In this document: positions 37,237 through 47,736 of the stretch, one piece after another
Layout: every line of letters begins with the position of its first letter
Numbering within the stretch: the stretch's first letter is position 1
Origin: a virus
Lineage: Duplodnaviria; Caudoviricetes
Virus record (IMG/VR): IMGVR_UViG_3300020576_002081
Span: 20,861 to 84,860 of that record
Strand: one strand, 5' to 3'
DNA: 64,000 nucleotides
Program-made: the position numbers and the translations under genes
Notes under the pieces: generated by a model
Databases searched by the model: none
What the model was told of the DNA's origin: nothing
What the model saw: only the letters and a program-made list of their open reading frames with translations

Positions 37237-40200
37237 TTATCTATCAGATGTTCTATAAGTAGTTTTAATATTACTTATGATAAATCTATTATTAGAAGCA
37301 TTATCATATTCTAAATCTACAATCATATACTTATCCTTAATTCTATCACCAAAACTAGTCTTAGTTAGTATAGAAGAATCAAATATCGAGTAGGTATTTA
37401 TATTATTAGAGTCAAAATTAACCTTATTTCTAGGTATTTGTATATTCCAACCTTGTTCAACCTTTCTTAAATTACCTGTTATAGCAGTATTATCTAATTC
37501 TACCCAATCAGAATTTTGATATTCATTATATACTCTAACACGATTAAACGTATCGTCGAGTTGATTAACATTATCAGATTCTTGTAAAGTATCATTTAAA
37601 TCATCAATATAAACCCTATTATCCTTAATAGATTCAGTAGTCCAAGATAAGTTATCATATACCTTAGTTTTAGTAGGATTATCATTAATATTAACCTTTA
37701 ATGAACTAGGATATACAGCATCGTAGAATGTACAATAATTACCTTTATCATGCATATATAACTTACTTCTAACACCTGTTGTAGAATAATCTTTAGGTGT
37801 ATATAGATAAACTCTGTTGTTTATATATATGTAAGGAGTAAATGAATAAAATGATGTAAAAGCATCTGTTAAATCTGAATAAGCTAAAGTATACTTCTCA
37901 TCAACAATCTCAGTTTCCTCACCAGAATTCATAGCTGCTTGATTTAAAAAAGTATATAAAAACTCATTATTTTTATAATCGTAAGTAGTTAAGATACCTT
38001 TGTATAATATCGGATTATCATTAACCCTAATAGTATCATGTAATATCTTATTCATAAATCCTCTATTACCTTTAGAATCAGATATGGGATTTAAGGTTTC
38101 ACCGTTAAATAAATATATTTTATTATGTCTGATATCAACAAATGTTATATTCTCAGGTGATTTACTAATAGACCATTGATGTTTACTACCTATATCAACT
38201 GAATGATAAAAGTGTTTTTCTAATGTAGAACCAGTACCTAATTGTAAAGGTAAGTTGTTTTGATCGGTTATTATAGATGTAGGATTAACATACAATATAG
38301 ATAATGCTGTATCTTGTATAGCATACATATTATTCTTAAGAGTAATTAAAGCATTAATACCACCATAATTACCATCCACATCATAATAATTATTAACTGG
38401 TACATCAGACCAACTATCACTTGTATCACCATTTATCTTAACATCAGACCAATATACTCTATTACTAAACATTGAAGTACTATTAAATCCTTCAGGTTTA
38501 GGTAAATATGTTTTTAAGTTATTAGGGAATGAGTAACCTTCATCGTAGAAGAATTCATCATTACCACTAGCGTAAGTACCATCATTTTGATTTAAATCAG
38601 CATTAACATGTACACCTCTTCTTAAATCTACATTATAAACAGACTGTGTTGGAAAATACCAAGTTTGAGAATGTTTAGTAGGAGCAGGAGATATATCACC
38701 ACTAAAGTTTTTAATAGCTTTTTGTACATCTAATATACCATAAAATATATCACCACCAAATACTTTAAGTTTAGTACTACCAGCATTAGTTATTTTATAT
38801 AATGCTCCTGTAGATATATATTCATTATTAGTTCTAGCTAAATAAGTTCTACCACCATATTGACTAATAAGATTGCTAGGTTTGTAATGCATAGCTAATA
38901 ATTTAGAATCACCATCTACAACATCATGTCCAGATTCATTATAATCTTCCCAAGTAACAGGAGTTGTTGAATCAACACCTAAAACTATTGTTGGAGAACC
39001 TACTGAATAAGCATCACTATCAAATGAACTAGCATTATTACCATCCCATTGATAATTATGATTTTTATAAACACCCCCAGCAATACCTATCATAGGTGTT
39101 TCACCACCTTGTGAACAATATTCACCTTGAGTCAAATTTTTAATTTGTTGACTATTACTATAAATTAAATCATTATAAATGAATTTAGAAGTAGCATAAT
39201 ATTTATTAATATAATAGTATTCTTCATATGAACCTAATGAACCAGGAGCAGTATCTGGCCACATAGCAGCATTAGTTGTACGAGTATATTTTTCAGTAAA
39301 TATTAACTTATCACCATTTGATATTTGTGAAGCAGATTGCTTAGCAAGGTAATCAAATGAATGATATGTTAAAACATTATTTGGAGCTTGACATTGTGTT
39401 GAACCATCATAAGTAGCAGGGTCTAAAGCATCAACACCACCAGGCACAATATAATGTGACATTGGTAAGAAGAAATTACTACTTTGACTTCCTCTACCCA
39501 TCATAGTTTGATTAACTAAACCAGTTGTAGGAATAGTTTTATCTTTATCTTGTCTATCAACTCTAACTATTTCATAACCATCTATTAGGTTATATAATTC
39601 ATCAGGTATGTTTACTTCAAATTGAATATAAGGTATATTTAAATATGTATCAGTACCGTCTATAATAAGACTTCTAAAGTCTGTTGCTGGTACACCACTA
39701 TCAGTAACTCCAGCTAAATCTGGATCAATAGGATCGTTATAGTTTGGAAATTTAATATCTCCAATCCATTTAGCAAAATAACTAGTACCAGTTTTAGATT
39801 TAAAAACTATACCAAATCTATATATTTCATTAGGTTGGTAACTTCTAAAATTACCTGAGAAGTATTCTAAACCTAAAGTCATTTTAGCATTATTATTATA
39901 ATACTTTTGTTCAGAAGAACCATTGTTAAATGTAGGATATAATCCAGTTAAAGTATTACTAATAGCTCCAGCAGTTCTATAACCATTCTTCCAAACTTGT
40001 GTAGAAGCATTATTATCCCTAGTAGTACCTCTTTCAGTATTACCAAGAGTAACTGTTGTTGGAGTATATGTATTTAAATCAGCTCTAAATAATACTGAGC
40101 CGAAACTATATTTAATGTTAGGTCCTTCACCACCAATTAAAGAACTATTCTTTTTGAAAATGAAAGACCTAGTATATAGTGGATCATCATCTGTAGACAT

Positions 40201-41799
40201 ACCTAAATTAAAAACAGGTATGTTGTCGGATGACTCTGATATACTATTGTAATCAGAATTTGAATTTATAATGTAGGTTGTAGCAATAGTTTCAGTGTTA
40301 AATCTTTTAACTCTTATAATATTACCGTTACCTCCAAATCCAAACCTATATGTTCTAGTGTCATAAGTATCTAAATATTCTCCTAAGCTATTTTTAATAT
40401 TAGCATAAAACAATCTATTATCTTTTTGTTCAATTGATTTACAGTGTGTAAATGTAGTATTTTCAATTAAGAATTCACTAACTGTAACATCAATCATATT
40501 ATCAGTATCGTTAGTAAATGTAGTACTTATAGTACTATTTGTACCAATTATTTGCTCTTCATATTTATAAATATTAAATACATCTCTTTCAGTATTTAAT
40601 CTAACTATTACAAAGAATTCAATTTTATCAAAATTAGTATCAACACCATTAACTTCCCAAGTTATAGTTTTATCAACAGTTGTTGAATCACCAGCTATAG
40701 ATGAAAAATTAGGTAAAGGACTTATAAATAAACTTGTTTCTTGTGGTATTAATGTTACAAGATTAGATGGTATTGAATAGTTTGTTAAACCACCATTATT
40801 CTTAACCAATCTATAAGCACATTGATATGTATTAGCACATGTTAATTGATTAACTGAACCACCATCATTAATTTCTTTGAGTGTAGGTACAGAAAGCTCA
40901 ATACTATTTTTTAAATCAACTAAAGATGGTTCAATAGCCATTAAGTTAGCATCTGCTAAATTTACAGACCTAACAGGATTTAAAAAATCAGACCAATACA
41001 ATCTTTTAATTGTGGGTAATTCATACCTACCAATAATTGCTGTAGGAGGTATAGGAGCATTCTTAGTGAGATTTAAATATGAATTATACATTAACTTAAG
41101 TTTTGTAACTTGAGTTAATTCATTATAATCTAATTCCCAAATTTGACCTAGTTTAGAACTATTTATACTACCAGTAGTTAATAGATAGTTAGTATCATTT
41201 ATACTTGTTGAACCTAATATAATCACAGACTCACTAGAACTTTGTTGAGGTACATAATATGTTGATACAGCAGTTAATTCACCTGTAGGAGTAATAAAAC
41301 CTATATCAGAACCATCTTGTAATTTAATAGTACTAACTACAGGATTAGTAGATTGGATTGTACTACAAAGTCTATATTCAGGATTTTGATATATATAAAT
41401 ATAATCATTACTATAAGCTACAGCAAATGTTCTAGCAGGATTATAAGTACCATTATAACAGTTTGATAAGTTCTTAATATAAGAAGCTACATCAGAAGGT
41501 GTAGTGTTTTCAAATATATCAATAACAGCAGTAGTATTACCATTAATAGTCAATGTTACTTTACCTGGGTAAAATACACCATCTACATCATATGTTTTAC
41601 TTATTTTTAATTTATAGACACCTCTTAAATTAGGAAACGTAACCTCACAATTATTTCCTTGAACATTAGATAACGAACCGTTTGATTCACCTAATGTTGT
41701 AACAGGTCTTAAATTTAAAGCTTTTAAGTATTTATCATTATTTTGAATGTACTTAGATAAATCTGAGTTCATTCCTAAGAACATATTTATTTTTTCCAT
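37237..41799 (-). CDS. Tail muzzle/stabilisation protein (P22 gp10-like)
   Basis: 1520 aa; N-terminal F.GMNSD.S......Y..A.N.R; beta-rich; located between cargo and ring genes. Confidence 0.75.
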   Translation of the reverse strand: MEKINMFLGMNSDLSKYIQNNDKYLKALNLRPVTTLGESNGSLSNVQGNNCEVTFPNLRGVYKLKISKTYDVDGVFYPGKVTLTINGNTTAVIDIFENTTPSDVASYIKNLSNCYNGTYNPARTFAVAYSNDYIYIYQNPEYRLCSTIQSTNPVVSTIKLQDGSDIGFITPTGELTAVSTYYVPQQSSSESVIILGSTSINDTNYLLTTGSINSSKLGQIWELDYNELTQVTKLKLMYNSYLNLTKNAPIPPTAIIGRYELPTIKRLYWSDFLNPVRSVNLADANLMAIEPSLVDLKNSIELSVPTLKEINDGGSVNQLTCANTYQCAYRLVKNNGGLTNYSIPSNLVTLIPQETSLFISPLPNFSSIAGDSTTVDKTITWEVNGVDTNFDKIEFFVIVRLNTERDVFNIYKYEEQIIGTNSTISTTFTNDTDNMIDVTVSEFLIENTTFTHCKSIEQKDNRLFYANIKNSLGEYLDTYDTRTYRFGFGGNGNIIRVKRFNTETIATTYIINSNSDYNSISESSDNIPVFNLGMSTDDDPLYTRSFIFKKNSSLIGGEGPNIKYSFGSVLFRADLNTYTPTTVTLGNTERGTTRDNNASTQVWKNGYRTAGAISNTLTGLYPTFNNGSSEQKYYNNNAKMTLGLEYFSGNFRSYQPNEIYRFGIVFKSKTGTSYFAKWIGDIKFPNYNDPIDPDLAGVTDSGVPATDFRSLIIDGTDTYLNIPYIQFEVNIPDELYNLIDGYEIVRVDRQDKDKTIPTTGLVNQTMMGRGSQSSNFFLPMSHYIVPGGVDALDPATYDGSTQCQAPNNVLTYHSFDYLAKQSASQISNGDKLIFTEKYTRTTNAAMWPDTAPGSLGSYEEYYYINKYYATSKFIYNDLIYSNSQQIKNLTQGEYCSQGGETPMIGIAGGVYKNHNYQWDGNNASSFDSDAYSVGSPTIVLGVDSTTPVTWEDYNESGHDVVDGDSKLLAMHYKPSNLISQYGGRTYLARTNNEYISTGALYKITNAGSTKLKVFGGDIFYGILDVQKAIKNFSGDISPAPTKHSQTWYFPTQSVYNVDLRRGVHVNADLNQNDGTYASGNDEFFYDEGYSFPNNLKTYLPKPEGFNSTSMFSNRVYWSDVKINGDTSDSWSDVPVNNYYDVDGNYGGINALITLKNNMYAIQDTALSILYVNPTSIITDQNNLPLQLGTGSTLEKHFYHSVDIGSKHQWSISKSPENITFVDIRHNKIYLFNGETLNPISDSKGNRGFMNKILHDTIRVNDNPILYKGILTTYDYKNNEFLYTFLNQAAMNSGEETEIVDEKYTLAYSDLTDAFTSFYSFTPYIYINNRVYLYTPKDYSTTGVRSKLYMHDKGNYCTFYDAVYPSSLKVNINDNPTKTKVYDNLSWTTESIKDNRVYIDDLNDTLQESDNVNQLDDTFNRVRVYNEYQNSDWVELDNTAITGNLRKVEQGWNIQIPRNKVNFDSNNINTYSIFDSSILTKTSFGDRIKDKYMIVDLEYDNASNNRFIISNIKTTYRTSDR

Positions 41800-42509
41800 T
41801 AGTGTCTAAATTTTCTTTCTGGATTAATATTTTTCTGAAAGAAATGATTTTCATCATTTTGATTTGGAATAAGTCTTGTCCAAACGTTTTTAATATTTCT
41901 TAAGTGTCTTTCATCAGGTAAATTAGCTGCTCCTCTAGCACTATTAACATAGAACAAATATTCTTGTTCAGATTTATTTAATACTTTATCAGGAACATTA
42001 CCTTTTCTCCATTCTCTATAATCAAGCATATATGTAACATAAGCTGCACAAGCTTTCATAAAATATACTTCATCTGGTACTAAAGGATAACCTTCATTAT
42101 CAACTGGTACACCTAAGTAGGTTAAACATATTTCAGTTATAGGTTCAGTATCTTTTATATCAGTAATAATCATATTATCACTTATATAAAAATGATAATC
42201 TGTACAACATGTAGGTATTTTACAATCAGGACAATCATAGTTATTTAATTGACTACTTGAACTAAATGATAAAGGTTTATTACCACAAGATATATAAACT
42301 AATTTTTCAAAGTTAGCTGGTAGTTGAGCTTTACCATCAGCAAGTTGTATAATTTTAATATTCTCTTCATATTGAGAATAAGCACCTACTACAGAAAGTA
42401 CTTCACCTATCCACTCATAAACATGAGCTTCATTTATTTCAGTTGTTAAGTTTAAATCCCTATAAATTTTATTTATAACGGCTTTAGCACTTGTAAATTT
42501 GTATATCAT
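41799..42509 (-). CDS. Tail ring / tubular protein (P22 gp4-like)
   Basis: VYEWIGEVL, GKAQLPANF..L, Y.GVPVD.EG.PL.P; position matches crAss-like gene order. Confidence 0.7.
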   Translation of the reverse strand: MIYKFTSAKAVINKIYRDLNLTTEINEAHVYEWIGEVLSVVGAYSQYEENIKIIQLADGKAQLPANFEKLVYISCGNKPLSFSSSSQLNNYDCPDCKIPTCCTDYHFYISDNMIITDIKDTEPITEICLTYLGVPVDNEGYPLVPDEVYFMKACAAYVTYMLDYREWRKGNVPDKVLNKSEQEYLFYVNSARGAANLPDERHLRNIKNVWTRLIPNQNDENHFFQKNINPERKFRH

Positions 42510-42946
42510 TAGTTATAAAAGTCAAGTTTTTTATTATTAACAGCATCAGCAATAAGTCTAGATGCCTTTCTACAAGGTTTGAAAGCATAATGTCTTTTAC
42601 CTCTAACTACACATTTAGACTTATTCCAAGTCCATCTGTAACCGTAAGGTGCGCCAAAATAAACTCTTTGACCAAGTTCTTTAGATTTTTTAAAATCAAT
42701 TCTCCAAGATTTTTTATTTTCTTCTTCATAATTAACTTCAAATTTCTTAATATATAATTCACCAAGTCTAAAAGGTAATTTTAACACTTCTGAATTATAT
42801 ACTATTTTATCTCTACAACGAGTATTAAAGTCTTTTAAAACTTTACTAAATGTTGAATAAGATTGATATTTAATATTCTTTGTAATACAACTTTCTTTGT
42901 AGAAAGCATAAAAGTCTTTAAGACTAACGTTTTTAGTATACCCCAT
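42509..42946 (-). CDS. IHF/HU-like DNA-binding protein
   Basis: LKLPFRLGEL.IKK arm motif; conserved position between ring genes in crAss-like phages. Confidence 0.65.
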   Translation of the reverse strand: MGYTKNVSLKDFYAFYKESCITKNIKYQSYSTFSKVLKDFNTRCRDKIVYNSEVLKLPFRLGELYIKKFEVNYEEENKKSWRIDFKKSKELGQRVYFGAPYGYRWTWNKSKCVVRGKRHYAFKPCRKASRLIADAVNNKKLDFYN

Positions 42947-42948
42947 AT

Positions 42949-43641
42949 TTAGTTTTTAATAGATACTGTTTGGTCAAAATTATCATTAGCGTTATTAGTA
43001 GTATCTCTAGGCATCTGAATAAATGGATAAACTTTAGTTTTAAGTACAATATTAGTTATATCACTAGCCATTTGAAAGCTACAAGGATAAGGAGAATTAG
43101 GACTATAGCATGTTGAACCACTACATGAAGTAAAAGCCGTAAGCTTTGAAGGATCTTCAAATATAGCCCAAACATTGATAGTATCTAAGTATTCATTATT
43201 AATAATGTAAATATAGTTATTTTTTAAATACCATTTAGGTTTATTTTTAGTATATTTTGAATATACACCATATTTACTCTCAAAAGGAGTAGTTTTACTT
43301 ATAATATCACCATTAGGTGCTTCAACTCTTACTATAAAGTTATCAGCACTAGTTTCAATAGTATCTGGTATTTTTCTAACAGTTCTTAATATTTTACAAT
43401 TAGTTTCTATTTCACAACACTCAGACTTATCAACTTCGTCTAGTTGAAGACAAGTTAAATTTTGTAACCAACTATCACTAATATCTTTTCGCTTTTGAAT
43501 ACTTTGAGCAATAAGCATAGCTCTTGTTTGGTTTACCCAAAACCTTATTTGACTATCTTCTATACGAAAATCAGTTGGGTTAGATCCAGATGTTGCACTA
43601 TTCCTAATATCAGCGACTATTGTATTTTCTGTTAAGTTCAT
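42949..43641 (-). CDS. Tail ring protein
   Basis: 230 aa; I.FWVNQ.RA.LI, Y..NNYIYI, V.AIFEDP, YP pattern; position. Confidence 0.65.
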   Translation of the reverse strand: MNLTENTIVADIRNSATSGSNPTDFRIEDSQIRFWVNQTRAMLIAQSIQKRKDISDSWLQNLTCLQLDEVDKSECCEIETNCKILRTVRKIPDTIETSADNFIVRVEAPNGDIISKTTPFESKYGVYSKYTKNKPKWYLKNNYIYIINNEYLDTINVWAIFEDPSKLTAFTSCSGSTCYSPNSPYPCSFQMASDITNIVLKTKVYPFIQMPRDTTNNANDNFDQTVSIKN

Positions 43642-43651
43642 TATTTAAAAT

Positions 43652-43673
43652 TAAAAAAGGGGTATTATCCCCT
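43652..43673 (-). terminator. Probable intrinsic terminator after the lysis module
   Basis: Minus strand AGGGG-ATAATA-CCCCT followed by TTTTT. Confidence 0.6.
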
Positions 43674-43734
43674 AGTATTAATATATCATATTTTATAATA
43701 TTATCATAATATAAAGCATAATAATCATTATTAT

Positions 43735-44298
43735 CTATTTATACCAGATAGTATATTTATAACCTACCATAGGTATTTTATTAAAAGGATCATACGCAGC
43801 ACTATAAGTATTTCTCTTTATAGTTAAATCTAAAGCAGGATATAAGCTTTTAGGAGTTGCATTTAAACCAATCTTTAATTGATATTTAGGTAATTTAGGT
43901 ATTTCCTTAGTTATTATAACTTTTGTACTATCATATATCTTTAAAGGTACTAATAACTTATAAGATAACGATCTACTAGCTAAATAACCTAAAACAGTAT
44001 CGTGGTTATATATAACTATATTACTATCTCTAAGAGTATCTTTATACAGTCTATATTGTCTAATATTTGAATAAACAGTAGTATCTATAGGTTTATCTAT
44101 TAATAAAGGCTTAAATATCACTTTTTCTTTGAATTTAAACACCCTTATGGTATCTCTAATAGTATCAACCTTATGTAGTATTAAAGTGTCTGTATTAGGC
44201 TTATTTTGAGTATTAGCTATATTACCACAATTCCTACCTAATAGAAATATAAGCATTAAGCTAAACCCTATAAAAAACCACTTAATTTTGTTGTTCAT
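43735..44298 (-). CDS. Membrane-anchored protein, spanin-like candidate
   Basis: N-terminal hydrophobic helix followed by Cys (FLLGRNC); repeated DT-rich strands; lies in the lysis module. Confidence 0.5.
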   Translation of the reverse strand: MNNKIKWFFIGFSLMLIFLLGRNCGNIANTQNKPNTDTLILHKVDTIRDTIRVFKFKEKVIFKPLLIDKPIDTTVYSNIRQYRLYKDTLRDSNIVIYNHDTVLGYLASRSLSYKLLVPLKIYDSTKVIITKEIPKLPKYQLKIGLNATPKSLYPALDLTIKRNTYSAAYDPFNKIPMVGYKYTIWYK

Positions 44299-44584
44299 CT
44301 TTTTTCTCCTTTTGTATTACGTTTAAAGTATATCCACATATTAATAATTCAGCACTTGCCCATAATAAGAAATCAGATATTGAATGGACATGATTATATA
44401 AAGCATATCTAGACCCTATTTGAAATGTTAAAAAAGCAGTACCTGTTTGAAATCTTTTATAGCTAAAAAATGATGGAATATTAGAATACATTTTAAGTAA
44501 TTCTTTAATACCCCATTTAATATTATTCCAACCGAAAAATCCGTTTACCAAATAATATTTAAAATCTTTATTTCCAGAGTTCAT
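44282..44584 (-). CDS. Small membrane protein (lysis module)
   Basis: Two hydrophobic segments; overlaps both neighbours. Confidence 0.55.
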   Translation of the reverse strand: MNSGNKDFKYYLVNGFFGWNNIKWGIKELLKMYSNIPSFFSYKRFQTGTAFLTFQIGSRYALYNHVHSISDFLLWASAELLICGYTLNVIQKEKKDEQQN

Positions 44585-45038
44585 ATTTAGGTTTTTTATT
44601 TATAAGTCTACATCTTAAAGTTTCTTTTACATTTTTACCTTCATCAAAGGCTACATGTACCCAATCAGGATTTTTATCATCACCATATTCCCAAATAAGT
44701 TCAGCATACTCAAGATTATCTTTAATATAATGAAATATTTGTGCATTAGTTACTTTACCAAAAGTATCATCTAAATCTAATGCTTTACCACTACAATGAT
44801 AACTAGTTAAACTAGCACCTGGAGTCGCATCATTTAAAGCTTTACCTCTATAACCACATGATATAAATATTGGATTACCGCCTAATCCTGCACGTAATGG
44901 CTCAAAAACATTATTTAAAACCTTTTTAAGATTCTCTAAATGCTCAGGAGTAGGAGTATTATCTATACCTAGTTTACTTGCTGTTTGACTTTTAGTTACT
45001 TCTTTTAAAGTAACATGTTCACTTAATTTTATGTCCAT
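44568..45038 (-). CDS. Endolysin, peptidase M15 family
   Basis: I.ISCGYR...LN...GAS..S.H..G.A.D, LIWE, WVHV. Start taken at MDIKL (45038). Confidence 0.85.
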   Translation of the reverse strand: MDIKLSEHVTLKEVTKSQTASKLGIDNTPTPEHLENLKKVLNNVFEPLRAGLGGNPIFISCGYRGKALNDATPGASLTSYHCSGKALDLDDTFGKVTNAQIFHYIKDNLEYAELIWEYGDDKNPDWVHVAFDEGKNVKETLRCRLINKKPKYELWK

Positions 45039-45051
45039 ACTTTTAAATTTG

Positions 45052-45165
45052 TTACAACAACCCATCAGAATTAACCATATACCTAATATTATTTTCATCA
45101 GTATAAACTCTATCTTTAACTAATTTCTTAGTTCTTTCTAGTTTTTTTAATTCTGATAGTTTCAT
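45052..45165 (-). CDS. small hypothetical protein (37 aa), not in the ORF track
   Basis: MKLSELKKLERTKKLVKDRVYTDENNIRYMVNSDGLL; fills the gap exactly, starting 1 nt after the upstream stop. Confidence 0.5.
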   Translation of the reverse strand: MKLSELKKLERTKKLVKDRVYTDENNIRYMVNSDGLL

Positions 45166-45166
45166 A

Positions 45167-45442
45167 TTATTCTATTTCTAATTTAGTTTTTTTAGGTAAA
45201 ATAGCATTAGATAATTTAAAAAAATTTGTTTTATTATTAGCGTTTACCTTATCATTACTTAATATATAAGAATCAACTTTTTGAGAAAGTTCTATTTTAG
45301 CTTTTTCAAGTTCAGAAATACGATATTCATGATTATCCATTATTGTATTAATCTTATCAATATTATATACGAAAGAACTAACTGCACCTAATATATATAT
45401 AACTTCTTTTGTAGAAAAGTTTAAATCGAAAAATCTTGCCAT
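45167..45442 (-). CDS. Holin-like / TM plus coiled-coil protein
   Basis: One N-terminal hydrophobic helix then a coiled coil, upstream of the endolysin. Confidence 0.5.
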   Translation of the reverse strand: MARFFDLNFSTKEVIYILGAVSSFVYNIDKINTIMDNHEYRISELEKAKIELSQKVDSYILSNDKVNANNKTNFFKLSNAILPKKTKLEIE

Positions 45443-45461
45443 ATTACATTTTAATTTTATG

Positions 45462-45647
45462 TTAATTGTTATGTTCTTTTAAAATAGAAGTATAAACATG
45501 TGTTTCACTAACTGATGTTAGTACTGAAGAAATAGTATTACATGTATTACTTATTTGAGCATCGGATAATTGTGTTTCATATCCAAGCTCTTGCTTTTTT
45601 TGGTCAAGCGCTGACGCAATTAAATTTTCAATTTCTAGTATAGTCAT
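45462..45647 (-). CDS. hypothetical protein
   Basis: 61-aa ORF overlapping the upstream gene. Confidence 0.5.
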   Translation of the reverse strand: MTILEIENLIASALDQKKQELGYETQLSDAQISNTCNTISSVLTSVSETHVYTSILKEHNN

Positions 45648-45973
45648 GGTTTAAATTTAAGAATTTTATTGTAAAAAAGATTGAATATTACTATCCATTC
45701 AAAGCCAAATAAAAGATAATCACAATATCCCAAGATAGGCTTGTAAAATAACGGAACGGCCAAAAGGCAAAGTAACATCAATGACTTAGAAATATGCCAC
45801 GCATTGAATTTATAACGTGTAAACGGCACAAATTTACCCATCCACATTGAGTCATCCCAAAAGTAAGGATTCAATCCTCTGAACTGCGAACTGTTATACT
45901 GAATGGTATCTTTTGTTTTATCCATCACAGCGTTGAGCATGGCCGCAAAAAATATGAGAATAAAACTAAGCAT
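45644..45973 (-). CDS. Multi-pass membrane protein
   Basis: Three hydrophobic segments; AWH..KS motif; GC-richer codon usage. Confidence 0.6.
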   Translation of the reverse strand: MLSFILIFFAAMLNAVMDKTKDTIQYNSSQFRGLNPYFWDDSMWMGKFVPFTRYKFNAWHISKSLMLLCLLAVPLFYKPILGYCDYLLFGFEWIVIFNLFYNKILKFKP

Positions 45974-46181
45974 TGTAAGATTTATTTGATAAATAAATAG
46001 AGGCGATTAAAGCTCCTGTAACAACAATAAACCCAAAAACCCAACATGCAAAATCAAAGCCCATTTCTACATCAGGTAAGTATTTAAACAACACCCCCTC
46101 AATAACACCAGCAACCAACAAAATAAACCAGTTAATAGGATTAGAAAAATAGTATTTTATTTTGGAAATCATTTTATTCAA
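45966..46181 (-). CDS. Two-TM membrane protein
   Basis: 71 aa with two hydrophobic helices. Confidence 0.55.
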   Translation of the reverse strand: MNKMISKIKYYFSNPINWFILLVAGVIEGVLFKYLPDVEMGFDFACWVFGFIVVTGALIASIYLSNKSYNA

Positions 46182-46416
46182 TAGCTATAAATTCATCTTT
46201 TTCTTTATTGTAAAAATCCCCTATACAGGCATATTTTCCTCTAAAAGAAAAATTATAAGAGGTCTGAACCCAATTTGTTTTTTCTCCTAAAAGTTTTTTA
46301 CAGAACTCAATTCCTTTTTGTTCGTCCTCCACACCGTCCACTAACAGCTCAGAATTTGCAATTACAATTACTCTTAGAACCTTTCCTTCCTTATCTATTT
46401 CTGCAAAATTTGCCAT
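46174..46416 (-). CDS. Small protein of the type that follows Gly-rich tail fibres (fibre accessory/chaperone candidate)
   Basis: MANFAEID...V.RVIV...E..G..FC..L.G..W.QTSYN..FRGKYA.IG..Y....D.F pattern. Confidence 0.65.
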   Translation of the reverse strand: MANFAEIDKEGKVLRVIVIANSELLVDGVEDEQKGIEFCKKLLGEKTNWVQTSYNFSFRGKYACIGDFYNKEKDEFIAIE

Positions 46417-46417
46417 A

Positions 46418-47365
46418 TTATATAGGTTTATAATATTTAACATAAATTATTCCACTTCCGCCGCTTCCGCCACGGATAAAACCACCTCCACCGCCGCTAC
46501 CTCTATTTGCTGTTCCATTCGATCCGGTTGTGATGGTGCCGTTACCACCTCCTCCTGAACCACCTAATCCAGGGGAACCTGTGCCATCATTTCCACCACC
46601 ACCACCACCACAATAAGTTATTGACACTCCTGATATGGATGATGCTAATCCGTTACCACCATTCCCACTATTTGGTCCTGAATTAACATTAGGAGCGGAA
46701 GATCCTTTTCCACCACCGCCTGCCGGATTGAAAAGAGCCCAATTACAAGTTCCTCCTGCATTACCCTCTCCAACAATACCTGGTGCGCCTGAAGCTCCTG
46801 CTATTTGAGCACCTCCGCCGCCTGAACCACCCTGTCCACCTGATCTTAGGTTGCCGTTCCATCCAGCGCCATTTACAGTTGCACCTCCGCCTCCACCTGT
46901 AGAGGTTACGCCAAAAACAGAAGAATCATTTCCTTTGTTTGGCGACCCTCCCGGTATTTGACCAGCACCTCCACTTCCTACAATGGCGAGATGACTACCA
47001 ACAACCGCTGTTTGAGTGAATGTTTTAAATCCGCCCGCACCAGCACCAGCAACTCCACCACCTCCGCCACCAGCTATAAGTAAAACCTCACACTCGTTAT
47101 TTGCTGGATCTGTTGCGAGTTGCGTTATTTCTAAAGTATCGCTTGAACTAAAAGTATGCACAACATAATCACCATCTATGGTTATAACACCTCCGGTCGC
47201 TTCGAGATATTTGACTACAGGAGGGTCTGATAATTGTGAATCTCTAATAGAATCAACATTATTAAACATTCTTGTAAAATTATTAGTTAATCCATATCTA
47301 ATATTAGATATGAAAGAACTCCCTCTTAAAGAAGCTTTTTTAATATTTCTTTTTATATTAGCCAT
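46418..47365 (-). CDS. Glycine-rich tail fibre/spike protein
   Basis: ATGG.I...G.Y.VHTF.SS, .L.IAGGGGG, GGGGG repeats, GGSGII.VKY C-terminus. Confidence 0.78.
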   Translation of the reverse strand: MANIKRNIKKASLRGSSFISNIRYGLTNNFTRMFNNVDSIRDSQLSDPPVVKYLEATGGVITIDGDYVVHTFSSSDTLEITQLATDPANNECEVLLIAGGGGGGVAGAGAGGFKTFTQTAVVGSHLAIVGSGGAGQIPGGSPNKGNDSSVFGVTSTGGGGGATVNGAGWNGNLRSGGQGGSGGGGAQIAGASGAPGIVGEGNAGGTCNWALFNPAGGGGKGSSAPNVNSGPNSGNGGNGLASSISGVSITYCGGGGGGNDGTGSPGLGGSGGGGNGTITTGSNGTANRGSGGGGGFIRGGSGGSGIIYVKYYKPI

Positions 47366-47367
47366 TA

Positions 47368-47727
47368 TTACTTATAGTATTCAATTTGTATTGAATGGGT
47401 ACCTGATTGAGCTTGAATAGCTCTAAAATTAATTAAATTTTGATATCCTTGAATATCAAATAATTCTAAATCAGCTCTAGGAATTCCTTCAGAAGTTGTA
47501 GGGGCACTTAAAGCACCTAACTGCTTATATCTTATAGCAGTACCAGTAGCATCTGATTCTACAACACATAATGCATATTTAGCATCATTTGGTACAGTCA
47601 TTGATACTCCACCTGAAGTACTATCAACTGTTAATTTTTGAAAACCACACGCTACTAAATTATATTTAGCTAGACGAACTAGTTCTCTACTATACGATTT
47701 ATTATTATCTATATTTACTTGAGCCAT
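47368..47727 (-). CDS. hypothetical virion-associated protein
   Basis: 119 aa, beta-rich, in the tail module. Confidence 0.55.
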   Translation of the reverse strand: MAQVNIDNNKSYSRELVRLAKYNLVACGFQKLTVDSTSGGVSMTVPNDAKYALCVVESDATGTAIRYKQLGALSAPTTSEGIPRADLELFDIQGYQNLINFRAIQAQSGTHSIQIEYYK

Positions 47728-47736
47728 TTTATTTTG

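Noticed and set aside
45038-45098. Lipoprotein signal peptide (MKIILGIWLILMGC) on the M15 endolysin, as in the ORF track
   Set aside because: This stretch overlaps a better-fitting 37-aa ORF (45052-45165) in another frame. The ATG at 45038 gives a typical M15 N-terminus, so the lipobox is probably accidental, though not formally excluded.
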